Source of the DNA: Raillietiella orientalis
Lineage: Eukaryota
Direction of reading: 5' to 3'
Assembly (NCBI GenBank): GCA_036172245.1
Contig: JAYWIR010000001.1
Location: 806,001-870,000 of the forward strand
Length of the DNA: 64,000 nucleotides
The position numbers and the translations under genes were made by a program. Below, one piece after another: positions 1 to 10,904 of the stretch. Numbering within the stretch: the first letter of the stretch is position 1; every line of letters starts with the position of its first letter. The notes beneath the pieces are model-generated. The model ran no database searches, was not told the origin of the DNA, and saw only the letters and a program-made list of their open reading frames with translations.

Positions 1-2400
1 ATCGTTCCCGCAGGCGGGGCGCTTCCGTCCGGAACTATTAGCAGATCGACCTCCTCTTCCTGGCGCTTCGACGGCCTCCCGGTTCCTTCCCGAGAGTAGC
101 ACTTTGTCAGGAACGCGATTCCGCGAGGACCTCGGCCCACGAAAGCTTCCCCTCCTTCCCTTGGGACGGCGACCTCACTGTCCCGAGGGAACCGGCACAA
201 CACCGATGCCGGTTGACGCGAGAGCAGTCCCGGAGGTTCCGATCGCCCGATGGCCCGCGCTCCGGAGTGCCTTCGGGAACTGGAGAGCCTGAAGAAGGAG
301 AGGAACTGGGAGCGACCCCCGAGCGCGCGCTGTAGGGCAAGGCGTCCTGGCGGAGGGATCGGGAACCTCCGCCCATGGTTTTCTCTTTCCTCGCCGCGAC
401 CGCCGTCCTCGGATGCGGAGCCTTCGGAGGGCGAACCCGGAACCCTCCGCTCCGGGAAGTGACAGACTGACTGGCGCTTGGAAGGACACGCGCTCCATCA
501 TGGCGCTTGGGAATATTCCGGGAAACTCTCAGTGGACACCGGCGACCTTCATCTTCCGCCCCAATGAATTCGGATCGTGTTTTCCGTCCGAGACTCGCGA
601 AGAGGAGCGCCTTCTCAGGAGACACCGCTCCGCAGCAGTACCGGCGCCAGGAAGGATTGCGCCGCTTGCTGCGTCAAACGACCGCGTTGCTGTCGGTCCC
701 TAGCTCGCAGCATCGAAAAATCCATCCCGGCACAGCAGCACTCTGGCGCTTCCCAAAGGCGTGCCTTTTGGTTAGGCGAGGACGAGGGCGCGAGTAGGCG
801 AGTAGGCGAGGCCGGGAAAGAGCAGATGAGGTACGGGTCAACTCACTCGTTCTCTCCCTAGACAGAAGGCACGCTTGGAGCGTGCCGAAGATTCCGGAGA
901 CTCCACTGTCGCGAGAGCAAGAGAAGCGCAGATCCCGAGGAGGAGTGGGAAAGGAAGCACCATGGAACGGTAAGAAGGTCCGAGTGGGAAGCTGTAAAGC
1001 CTCCGCTCCCGCAGCGTCGAGAAGAAGGGGACGCGTCCTCCTGGTAGCACAGGGAAGGAGACTACGAGGAAAGACGAGGAAAGAGTGGGATGCTGTGCCT
1101 AATGGGTTGCCCTCCCATCCGGCACTTCACTGAAAGGAGAGAGGGGAAGAGAAGAGAAAGAGAAAAGGAGGAGGACGACAGAAGGAGGAAGGGAAACAGG
1201 AGGAGGAGAAAGGGACAGAAGAGGAAGAGAGGAGGAAGGGAAGGGAAGGAAAAGGAGGAGGAGGAGGAGAGGAAGGCATGAGTGGAAGAGTAGAGGAAAA
1301 AGGGAGGAGGTGGAAGAGGAAAGAAGGGCTGGAAAGGGAGGAAGAAAGGATGAGGAAGAAGAGAGGAAGTTGCTGAAGAAGAAAAAAAGGAAAAGAGGAA
1401 GGAGGAGGAGAAGGAGCAAAAGAATGAATGGAAGGAGGAAAAAGAGAGGAGGGAGGAAAGGAAGAAGAGGGATCGGCGATGCTGTCTGAAAAGTCGGTGG
1501 ACCTCCTTCGAAGGCGGTAAAAGTAGGCAGGAGGGATCGAGGACACGCGCGAGATGGTGCCAGGTGCCCTGCCCGGGACGCCAGGTGGCAGGACGAAAGC
1601 AGCCAGGGAAACCCAGCACGGCGTCTTGGCGCGCGCTCCCTAAGTGGTGGCAAGAAGCAACGTTTTTCCCTTCCTCTTCTGCGCTCCGTTCGGAAGGACT
1701 CCATACAGACAACTTCATCTTGGGAGCTAAAGAGGGTGCCCCTCACCACGCGGCACCGAGCGCGCGTGCTCACAGCACCGAACCAGATACCGACCAACGC
1801 AGCACCTACGCAGATGTCGACCCTGTCGCGAAATGCACGCGGTCCAGGCAGCCCAGCATTCTGCCCATGAGACCCTCTTCCCCGCGGTGGTGGTCCAGAG
1901 GAGGCTACGAAAATGGCGCCGACGGACGGACATCCCCAGAGAGACCTTCGCTCGGCGCAAGCCTTGGCTTCCCGTCCACTGCATCACGTCGCTCCTGGAA
2001 ACGCGCCCTTCCCCTTCGCATCCCCTTTGCGAGAGAGTCCTTGGCACAGGGCTGCTGCGAAGGGAACGTCTCGGGGCGGGTACATCGCCGCCCGTGAGTG
2101 GCATTTCCTCTTACCCGGAACCCCACTCCCTCCAGAACCATCTGCCGCGTATCCGGCCGCATCCGCGCGTGCCCATCTTCCGTGGACCGCCAACGTGCAC
2201 TTGAAAAGGAGCGCAGGGAAGGAAAAAGGAAAGGTACCACAGTTGCGGAGGAGCATTTTCTGCTACCCCTCCTTGAAGGACTTGAGATGGGCATCCGAAG
2301 AACTGGCGCGCACGCACACTCGCCCACCGGGAGTCGGGCCTCCACTCGCCTGGCAGCTGCGCCCCGGATAGCCACCAGCGGTCCGGGCATTTGGCCCGAT
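1..2400 (+). mobile_element. Decayed DIRS-type (tyrosine recombinase) retrotransposon, copy A: RNase H, methyltransferase-like and YR remnants; 5' part lies outside the window
   Basis: Frameshifted motifs occur in DIRS order. TDA (~201) and SAFGNW (~266) match RNase H TDAS..G.W; NIPGNS (~512) matches HIPG.LN; LSEKSVDLL (~1483) marks the YR start; RPSSPRW and STASRRSWKRAL (~1870-2010) match ATARRVSELHAL; GAHAHSPTGSRAS (~2305) matches catalytic AHSTR. No intact ORF. Confidence 0.65.
1130..1472 (+). repeat. ~340 bp polypurine (GA-rich) low-complexity tract
   Basis: Almost all G/A on the + strand (gaggag, gaagga, ggaaga units). It produces the spurious F/S/L/P-rich and R/E/K-rich ORFs in the track. 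Confidence 0.9.
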
Positions 2401-2439
2401 TGGGGCGGACCGAAAAAGGAAAGGAAAAAAATAATAACG

Positions 2440-4230
2440 AGAAACGGACGCAGAACATCGATCCGCGGGGCCCGTAAGAGGAGCACCTGGGAGGAAGAGT
2501 GGGCGGAGCTCCCAGCCCGGAGATCGATGGAGCACGGCCGGGAAGAGGTGGGGACGGCGGGTAAAGGATGGGCCGGCCGCCACCCTCCGCGCCTTCCGGG
2601 AGATCAGCTGGCGAGCCGAGCTCTGCGCGGGAGCCAGTCTTCGAAGACGTTGACGCCTTCTCGCCCTCGGAGCCGTCGAGGCAAGATGGTGTCTCCTTTT
2701 CTTTTTTTTCCCGGCCCGGCGCGCGGCCCCTGTAGCCAGCGAAGCCCGGAGACCTCCCAGTGCATTAAGGGCAGGAGGAGAGGAGGGGAGGAGGCGCCCG
2801 ACGGCCAGAGTGCTCACGGTCCTAGATCTCCTCCCCCTCCGCAGTCCGTTCCTCTTGGCTCCGTTCCTGCAGACCCAGAGTTCGGCTTCCGTCTTCGGTT
2901 CTGTGTCCAGCTTGGCTCGCAAGCAACGGCCGGCGTACGGGGGGACTCGGGGGCAGCGCTGCATCCGTGCGAGCGCCGGGTCGGAGAGCCGTCTCCATGG
3001 AAGCGGAGGAGGCTGCCCCCCCAGCTGCTCCCACCCCGGCATCCTCATAGGTGGCGTGATGAGGCCTCTCAGATGTTTACTGCATCATCGAGTGGTGCCG
3101 CGGGGGTTCTGCCCAGTCGGGCGGTCCAGGTCTGAGGTCCTTTTCCAGCTGGGGGAGGGGGAGAGGAGGAACGAAAACGCGTGGAAGAGTGAGGTCTTCG
3201 CCCACCCTCCCCCTCAGTTTTTCCGGATCTGGTCCCTGGTCTGCTTGGAGACCGCCTTCCCCGCCGAACCGCACCGCGGGTCGGGAGATCCCCCGTTTCG
3301 GGGGACGCGAGCGAGCGGTTCACCGACCGCCGTCGCCAAGGGAACGTGGCGAGTCGAGCTGAAAAGGCCCTGAAGATGTCGGGTCAGCACTTCGGATCGG
3401 ATCTCGCGCACCCAAGAGGGAGAATGGGGAGAAACCCCCTCGAGCGGGGTTCCCGCCGCGCCCCTGGGGGATCGGCGACGCCGTCCAGGAAGTCTGTGGA
3501 CCTCCCCCGTTTCCCTTCCCGGAAGGCGGTGAAGGTCGGAAGGGGGAAGGGAGGGGATCGTGGACGCGCGAGAGATGGCGCTGGGTGCACCGCCGGGGAC
3601 CCCAGGCGGCAGGGCGAAAGCAGCCGGTCGAAATCCCAGGAGTGCCCGCGGCCGCATCCCGGAAAGCTCCGCCCTCTCCCGATCACAGGTGGAACGAATG
3701 GACTAAACCAACGGTAAGGGACTGCCTGCGCAGCGTCCCCGACTTTCGAGCGAATCTGCTCGTCCGGCTTTCCGGGAAGTGCCCGCAGGGGCTCAGGAGA
3801 GGGTGGGTCCCCGAGACGTTTTCGCCCCCCCTCCCTCCCTCCTTCCGATTTGCGGGCGTCTCTCCGAGAGACGAGGATGCCTCGCGCCGCTTCAGGAAGG
3901 AGACACGAGACGGTCGGTCGCCTGAGGGAAGACGGCGCGCTCCCTCGGGAACCGGTAGGATGGGGAACTACTGCAGGGGGGAGGGGAGAAGCGAGGCGAG
4001 GTGAGAAAAAAATCAGGGAACCGGGAAGCGGACTCCACGCTCCTGTGTGACCGAGGAACGACGGGAGGCCTCCGAGAAAGGAGGATGCCACGGCATCCTT
4101 GGAGACGGCGGGACGGAGGGTTTCCGCCGCCTCCCTGCAGCCTCTGAGCCCGCCTGACGCCCACCACCGGAAGGCCAACAAACGGCCCACGGGGCGCGCT
4201 TCGACTTCCCGAACGCCTCATCCACAAACT
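2440..4230 (+). mobile_element. Decayed DIRS retrotransposon, copy B (RNase H, MT-like, YR)
   Basis: GKGWAG (~2560) matches DASxxGWG; MFTAS (~3073) matches DLFAS; W..EVFAHPPP (~3182-3215) matches W...YAFPP. 3468-3640 is clearly homologous at DNA level to 1469-1615 (gggatcggcga..gtc..aagtc.gtggacctcc ... gagatgg.gc ... ccagg.ggcagg.cgaaagcagcc). Confidence 0.65.
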
Positions 4231-4329
4231 TCATAAATGATAAATAAAATGTGTGCATGCACGTTACATGCATTCATATTCAGATTAATATGAAAATGCA
4301 TTGCAGAATGCATATTTACTAAGAAACAT

Positions 4330-5365
4330 ACATATTATTAATACAACTGATGATATCCACATAGATATTAGAGACTACGAAAAGTAAATACGCACGTTGA
4401 GTGGATTTTTCTTATTTTTTCCCACCCCATTTTTAACATTACTTGTTCATTTTTTATAAGTCGATATTTATATACACGCATTCAATATGGATTCCTTGCA
4501 TATATAAACATGCATAATAAACATATGTTCATTTCTTATGATCCTCCATACACAATACACGAAAGCAGATTATCGACTCCATTCATAATGACAATTAGGA
4601 AAAGCGTATACACACATGCTTGTTGTGCACATCCATATATGTACAATTTCAGATTAATATGGAAATTTATTTTAGCATATTTTTATTAATTATTTATATT
4701 ATTTATTAATATTTATCCACAAGCATATGATTAATGTTAATGTTATTTTAGCGTGCATATTGTTGTCGCTATTATGCTTTATTTATATTTTCTCTTAACA
4801 TATACATATATATACATGAATACACACATCTATAATGAACATATGTCTATTTCTTATGATCCTTCTTAAACACACTAATTCTCTATCAATACATATTATT
4901 AATTATGTTAACAATATGTGCGTCAACAAATTTCAAAAATATGCACGCTAAATAACATTAACATTAATCATATGCATGTGGATAAATATTAATTAAATTG
5001 CAAGTTAAAGTGATTTTCCATATTAATCTGAAATACAAAAAAGGTACATAAATTAATGTGTACAACAAGTATGTACATATGCTTTTCCTAATTATTATTA
5101 CTGATGTAACTAATAATCTATTTTGATGTATTCTTAATATATGTATGGAGGATTATAAAAGATAAATAGATGCCTATTATGTATATTTACATATGCAATG
5201 AACCCACATGAAATACATATAAAAATATAGAATTATAAAAAAATAATGGGAGCTATTAAAAATGGGATGGGAAAAATAAAAAATGTATTCAACATATATA
5301 TTTATTTTTTGTAATCTTTAATCTGCATATTACCACATATTATTAATTATATTAATAATACGTAT
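4330..5365. repeat. AT-rich long imperfect inverted repeat (foldback), centre ~4845
   Basis: 4647-4665 tttcagattaatatggaaa is the exact reverse complement of 5015-5033. 4705-4761 vs 4938-4993 differ by one mismatch and one indel. Further arm matches: 4367-4436/5256-5322, 4536-4552/5139-5156, 4590-4631/5056-5095. Confidence 0.9.
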
Positions 5366-5559
5366 GTTAATACATATTAATAATGTGTATGCTGACAAAT
5401 CTTAACGAAAACGTATGTCAAAATAAATTTGTACCTTAATCTTTATATAAATATGCATACAGTGATCTATATATGAATACATGTGTTAATAGATAGAGTA
5501 AACTTAAATGTCAATCTATCTATCTATAAATGTGTATATCAAACCATACATGAATATAT

Positions 5560-6620
5560 ACAGCGATTCCAACATTTAAAGCGTATTCGTGGAACATTCG
5601 AATTAATTTTGGAAAAAATGGAACGCAATCCAAAATGACCCTACCGGAAGTGCGGAAAGAGTTTTCAATACGGAAGTGTGTAAAAAATTATTCCTCTCTT
5701 GTGTAAAGAGGCTCTATACACTGAAAGGTTGCTGGGGAAAGAACACGGCCTGGTGTGGAGATTAATCGGAATTTCGTGCCTCCTGTGGATGATGAACCAA
5801 ACCGTATAACCACGTTTGCGGTGGTGAGGGATTTTCCGATGTGGTTGGAAGCGAAATTCGTGGATCAGATGATGATGAAACGGATTTGAATGAGGACGGG
5901 TTGGCTCAATCAATGGAAGACGGCAAACCGAATACAGCTGGTGAGGAAAAGTTCCACTGAGGACCCTGATGAGTCCTTCAAAGAGCCCAGCTTAAAGAAA
6001 TTAGTGGAGGGGTTGAATTTGGCACAAAAGTTAGGAGGTCATTTCAATGACCCCTCCAAAGAGCGCTCGGGAGAACTCAAAAGACAAGTGGACAGTTGTG
6101 TTTGGCTCCGCATCATGAACTGGATAAAAAAAAATGGGAGCATCGTGGTGGGCAAGGAAGGTCTTCCTGTCGACGACTTTTCGATAAGAAAAGTTGGCGT
6201 ACTGCTGAAGCGTACAGTGAGAATTGTACAAATGATGTCGAAGAGATTTCAAGTGGTAACGGCACCCGGCCACTCGTACATAAAGAACGTACTCCAAGTT
6301 TTTTCTTTTTTTTCCCCTAAAAACAGTGATGACGATTAAAAGATTCGCTTCTTTAATTTTGCAATGTATGCATTATGTACAATGAAATTTATGTACAATT
6401 CCCAGTTTTTATAATCTCATGCTATGTATTTGTTAGTTACATAGTTCATGTTCTTTTAATTATATGAATTCTTGAACGAATAAAATATGTTCTTGTTTTT
6501 ATAATAAAAAAAAAAACTCCCGAACATAACTACATTTTGTATGAAACCTCATATAACGCGATTTCTATAACGCGTGATATTTCCGGAACCGAACCTCCGC
6601 GTTACACAAGGGTTACCTGT
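5560..6620 (+). mobile_element. pogo/Tigger DNA transposon 3' remnant (decayed DDE transposase C-terminus plus right TIR)
   Basis: Broken translation PTFKAY..ELILEKMERNPKMTLPEV..TLKGCW..GEGFSDV..SLKKLVEGLNLAQKL..NDPSKERS is typical of Tigger/TIGD transposases. The terminal region with repeated ataacgcg ending cgcgttacacaagggttacctg (~6597-6619) resembles a Tigger TIR. Confidence 0.8.
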
Positions 6621-6719
6621 TTATGTAAATTGGTGTGTAAATATATGTAAATGCATATCTATATGTAAATGTATGTATTATTCTGTATGCGAACGCATAT
6701 ATGAATACGTAGAACAAAC

Positions 6720-9700
6720 ACGGAGATTTTCTTTTCATGGTCCGTCTCGGTGGAGCCTTCCACGCTGGCGATTCTGGCGGGCAGCGCAGGGTTGCCGCTG
6801 CGCGTCCTCATCGTGGGGCGCCCTCGCTTTTCGGGCGCTCACCGCGGAGCGAGGGAGGCGCGCGGTCGCGTGCGGAGCGCACGCACGGAGCATCGCCTCA
6901 GGCCTCGCGTTCATCCACCTCGCGCGCGATTTCCTCCCAAAACGTCGTCATGCCGAATCCTCTGCGGACGCTGGCCGCGGGGTTCCCCCTGTCGATCCTC
7001 CCGAACCCGGGTAGAAGTTCATCAAGTCGGAAATCCGGGCGCAGACTTCCGCAAGGCGCTTCGTCCGCCGCGACCCTTCCCCCGTATTGGCTGTCCCCAC
7101 GCGCGAAATCCCCGACCGCTCGCCCGACGAATCCCGTCTTCCGCCGCTGATCCCGTTCCCTTTTGTCTGGCGGGCCGGCCTTTTAAGACGTCGATCAGGC
7201 TGCCGTCCAGCAGCACCACGCAGCCCTGCCCCCACCAGCATCCCTTCTATCCCGCAAGAGCCATCCCTTCCTTCATCGCCATCAGGGTTTCTCCTCCTCG
7301 CTCTTCCTGCCGTATGGACTGCATGCCCTTCTGTGGCTGCCCTTCCTATCGAGAGTGGAATGCCCGCGCCCTCGCGTCTCGAGAGGGCCTCACGGCCCTG
7401 CCCGCGGTCCAGGTGCCTCCTAACGAGGGAGGCATCGAGCTGCGGCGCGGCAGGAAATGCTCGGAGACTCGGAGGCGAACCCGTGCGTCTCCTGGCGTCG
7501 CATCTGAGGAGCGCCGGAGTCTGCCGAGGGGTGCGCGTGGGGTCCGCCCTCCCGGAAGAGGCTGCTCGCGAGGGACGAGGGGAGGAGAGGACACAGGTGT
7601 CGTCAGAGTCGAGGGGAACAAGGACACAGGGAGGAAGCGCATCGAAATTCTTTGACAGCGGCCCGCCCATTAGCTGCCAGAGACTCTACGGGAGTCCAGG
7701 AAAAATGCAAGGAGGAAGCGATGCTAATGAGAGACAGGCAGGCAGGCCCCGAAGGGGGAAAAGGCAACTCCGTCGAAAAACGGAGATAGCCCCTCCCCAG
7801 CGACGCCAGCAGAGGGAAGACCTGCAAGAGCGGACCCTTCGGGCTAGCACCACGTGCTGCTTCAAGCACGCTGCAGGTCTCCGGGGCGCGCAGGGAGAAC
7901 GTTGCGAGGGTGGAGGCGCAGGGCGAACACCGCGGGTGAGCCGGCTGGATGCACAGGTGCTGATTCGGAAGGAAGCAACCGCCAGCCGTCCGCGTATCTT
8001 CTTCAAATGGCAGGCGCATGGGAACACACACTCCGGAGAAGAGAGAGGAAAATTGGCGGGAACCGGGGGAGCAGAAAGTGTTCAGCTCGAGTCCCGTGCG
8101 GTCATCGGGAACGAGAACGAACATGGAACGCCATTATCACGCGGAAAGGCAGGAGTCCCGAAGACCGAGGGCGGGAATGCGAGCCGGAGACCCAAGAAGG
8201 CCCCTTCGTACGCGGCGCGCTCAGTGCTGCCAAGTGCGAGCGGCTTTTCGGCTCGAGAAAACAACAGCGGTGGCTCCTGGAGACGTGTGGAGGCGCCAGA
8301 AGGGTTCTCTGAAAGGGAGGGAAAGCCGACTCCGGAAGGAGAAAAGGCGAGAGTGCGGAGAAGGGAACCGACCGAGGCATGCACCCCCATCAGCACCACC
8401 TCCTTCGTGGAGCTACAGAGTGGCACCTGGGTAGGTGGCTGTAAGAGAACTCCATTCTCCATGGTTGCCGTCCAACACGAAAAATCGAGCAGACAAGAAG
8501 GTCGGCTCTCCCCATCTGCGAGAAGCTACGGTAGCCGAAAAAGTTGGCTGCCATCCGAAGAAAGAAAAAAAAAATTGCAAGTTGGTCCATCGTCATGGAT
8601 AGGGAGCGACTCTGAAGAACAGTTGCTCCATCGCATCTCCACCGGTAAGCAGGGACCTTGAAGAGCAGTTGCCCCATGGGTAAGGAAGAACCCTGAAGAG
8701 CAGTTGTTCCATCGCATTTCCAGGGGTAAGGAGGGATCTCGAAGAGTACTCGTAGGGGCCTTGTGTCCTTTTCCTCCTTTCTCCCACTTTGCCTCTCTGA
8801 TAACCCACAAGTCATTTCAGCACCCAACTCCTGGTTGCTGATTCCCGGATTATCATCTGCAAGAGACGGTGACTTTCAGGAGTCTGGAAGGTGGATCCAT
8901 CGTCTTCCTAATGAAACCCAGGCTGCTGCGGTCTCGCACCTTCTATGGGGAGAGACCACTCGACCACGGTTCTTCCTTGCGTTTTTTCTTTTGTTGTTTT
9001 TTGAAAGTCAAGGATTCCAGTCGAGGATTCCCGCTCCGGCCCCTTTCTGAGACCTCCAGATTCTCTGTCGGGAGATGGAAATCGTCCTGAAGTCACAGAG
9101 TCGCAAAGGCTCTCCTGCGAGCTCAAAGCAGCCGGGAGGAAGCGCCCTCTGCTGACCAGCGCACCTGTCTGGGAAGTCGGCCGACTTCGCTCCCGGGAGC
9201 TCGCGCGACTTTTCGACACCCACGCAAGGCAGGACGTGGGGTCTGAAGAGTTGATGCGGAGTAGGGTCACGCAGGAAAGGGGGGGCTTCTGGAATGTGTT
9301 GCTCCGCGAGCAGCATGGTCTGTTTCCCTCTCAAAGAAGGAAAATGAATTTCCCTTCTCGGGCTCGGGTCCTATGTTATCAGGTATGCGTAAGTTCTGAA
9401 GGGAGGAAATGCAGTCCACCGTTTGCTCAGACAGCGAATTCATCGAGTTCTCATAAACAGTGGCATATATGCATAGTAATACCCTAGCGCCAAAACATCT
9501 GAAACTGTAAAGGTCTCCATCCAGGGAAGCTTCCTGTGGAGTCGCAGGCAGCCCGGCAACATGTCCAGCAGGAACGGAGTCTGGGTGGCGTGGGACACCT
9601 TCCAGCAGGAAGCAAACCCCCCTCGTTAGAAGGAAAAGGAAAACTCCCGCGGGCATACCAAAGAGGGTCCAGGTACCCGCACCATGGCACGCAGGCAGCG
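6720..9700 (-). mobile_element. Decayed DIRS retrotransposon, copy C (RT to YR) on the minus strand
   Basis: Minus-strand remnants in order: GG(L)..PFLLDMLPGC (~9620-9550) matches the RT start GGRL..PWVL.IV..GY; SLGFI (~8925-8910) matches LGF.IN.EKS; ARWMN (~6925) and an AHSTR-like stretch (~6885) mark the YR end. Confidence 0.55.
8578..8747 (+). repeat. Degenerate 35-46 bp tandem repeat (3-4 units)
   Basis: Units begin tgaaga(a/g)cagttg at 8613, 8659 and 8694 and continue ..ccatcgcat.tcca..ggtaag.aggga. Confidence 0.85.
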
Positions 9701-10479
9701 GCCAGCGTGGGATGCGACGGGTCCAGGCGGAAGTCCGCGGAGCAGAGCACCCTCACCTTCGCGGGAGAGCCTCCGGGAAGGGAAGGTGGGTCGAGTGGAC
9801 CGGCGTTGGCTTCCCGTAGCGCGCGCGGTCCCCTCCCTACAGCCGGGGGGATGTTGCAGGAGCGTTCGAGTGCGCACGCGTGAAATCAGCAGGGCGGGGA
9901 AGGGGGGCGTAAACGCGACTCCGCAGGGTCACTCTTGCTCCGCGGCCAGTGGCAATGATTGGTCGGTGCCAGCGGTGCCTCCGGCGGTCTCTTTCCAGGA
10001 TGCAGGCGGGAATGGAGGCTGCGAGGGAGAGAGGAATCCCTCCAATTCCTCCCCACACGTGTGTGCGGCGCGAGTGCCCCAAAGCCTCGGGCGATTTTTT
10101 CTTTTTTCTTTTTCCTTTCCTTTCCTTTTTTTTCCTCCTCTCCGCCCGCCCTTCTCTGCTCTGCATCCGATCCTAGCTTCTCTCGAAGCGGGCCACGTCT
10201 TGCTGGAGCACGTGGATCCTAATAATCTTCGAATTAGGGTCGCATTATTGCACCACAATGCAGCGGCCCACCCCAATCCGCGGGCACAATGCGCGCGAAA
10301 GTATCCTCCCATTGATGCAAAACAGGGAAGCGTAAGGGGAGTCACGCGTGTACAAACACGCTCTTTCGTTTTTTTTTTTTTTTTCTTCTTTTTTTTTTTT
10401 CATTTTTATTTTTCCCACTTCCGCCCTCCTTCCTCCCCCCCGGGAAATTCGAGGCTGAAGAGAACGCGCACGTGAGGTG

Positions 10480-10895
10480 GCGCCTAGCAGCTCGTCCTTC
10501 CGCGCTCACTACAAGCGCCTGCCAAGAGAGGGGGGGGGGAGGGGGGCAAGCGAAGCCAAAGTTTCCTCCTTTGTGGATCCCCGAAACGCCCTCTGGATAC
10601 CCCACGGATGTTTTGGGGGGAAAACCCCGCGACTCGAGAGAGGAGCACCCAGACGTCCAAGCGTTTTCCCGACAAAGGGAGAGAGCCCTGGAGCCGTCCG
10701 CGAGTGAATGGGGACGCTAATCCCCGTCCAGGACGCGCGCGCGGGATCGGTTCTCGGAAAGTGGATACGCATGCTGAATTGGTTGTCCATACTTTGCGGT
10801 CAGATCGATACGATATGCAAGGATGCCTCCGGGGAATCAAGTAAACTGGATGCTGATGCTCACCGATTGCACGAAACAACCCTGAGCTTCATCTA
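10480..10895 (+). mobile_element. PIF1-like helicase fragment (Helitron relic), partial tandem copy
   Basis: 10752-10893 aligns closely with 11581-11724 (ttggttgtcca.actttgc..tcagat.gat ... caaggatgcctccggg.aatcaagta ... gctgatgctcaccgattgcac). AHYKRLP matches GDFYQLP and MLMLT matches GARVMLT. Confidence 0.55.
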
Positions 10896-10904
10896 AAGAA
10901 AGGG

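Noticed and set aside
1062-1797. Hydrophobic F/L/S/P-rich membrane-protein-like ORFs
   Set aside because: They are translations of the polypyrimidine strand of the GA-rich tract.
7087-8661. 524-aa ORF and other long ORFs in the GC-rich zones (e.g. 2098-3135, 6750-7655, 9684-10475)
   Set aside because: They are R/P/G/A-rich with no coherent domain and overlap in several frames. Stop-codon depletion in GC-shifted transposon relics explains them.
8578-8747. CRISPR-like repeat
   Set aside because: Eukaryotic context, no unique spacers and no cas genes; it is a degenerate minisatellite.
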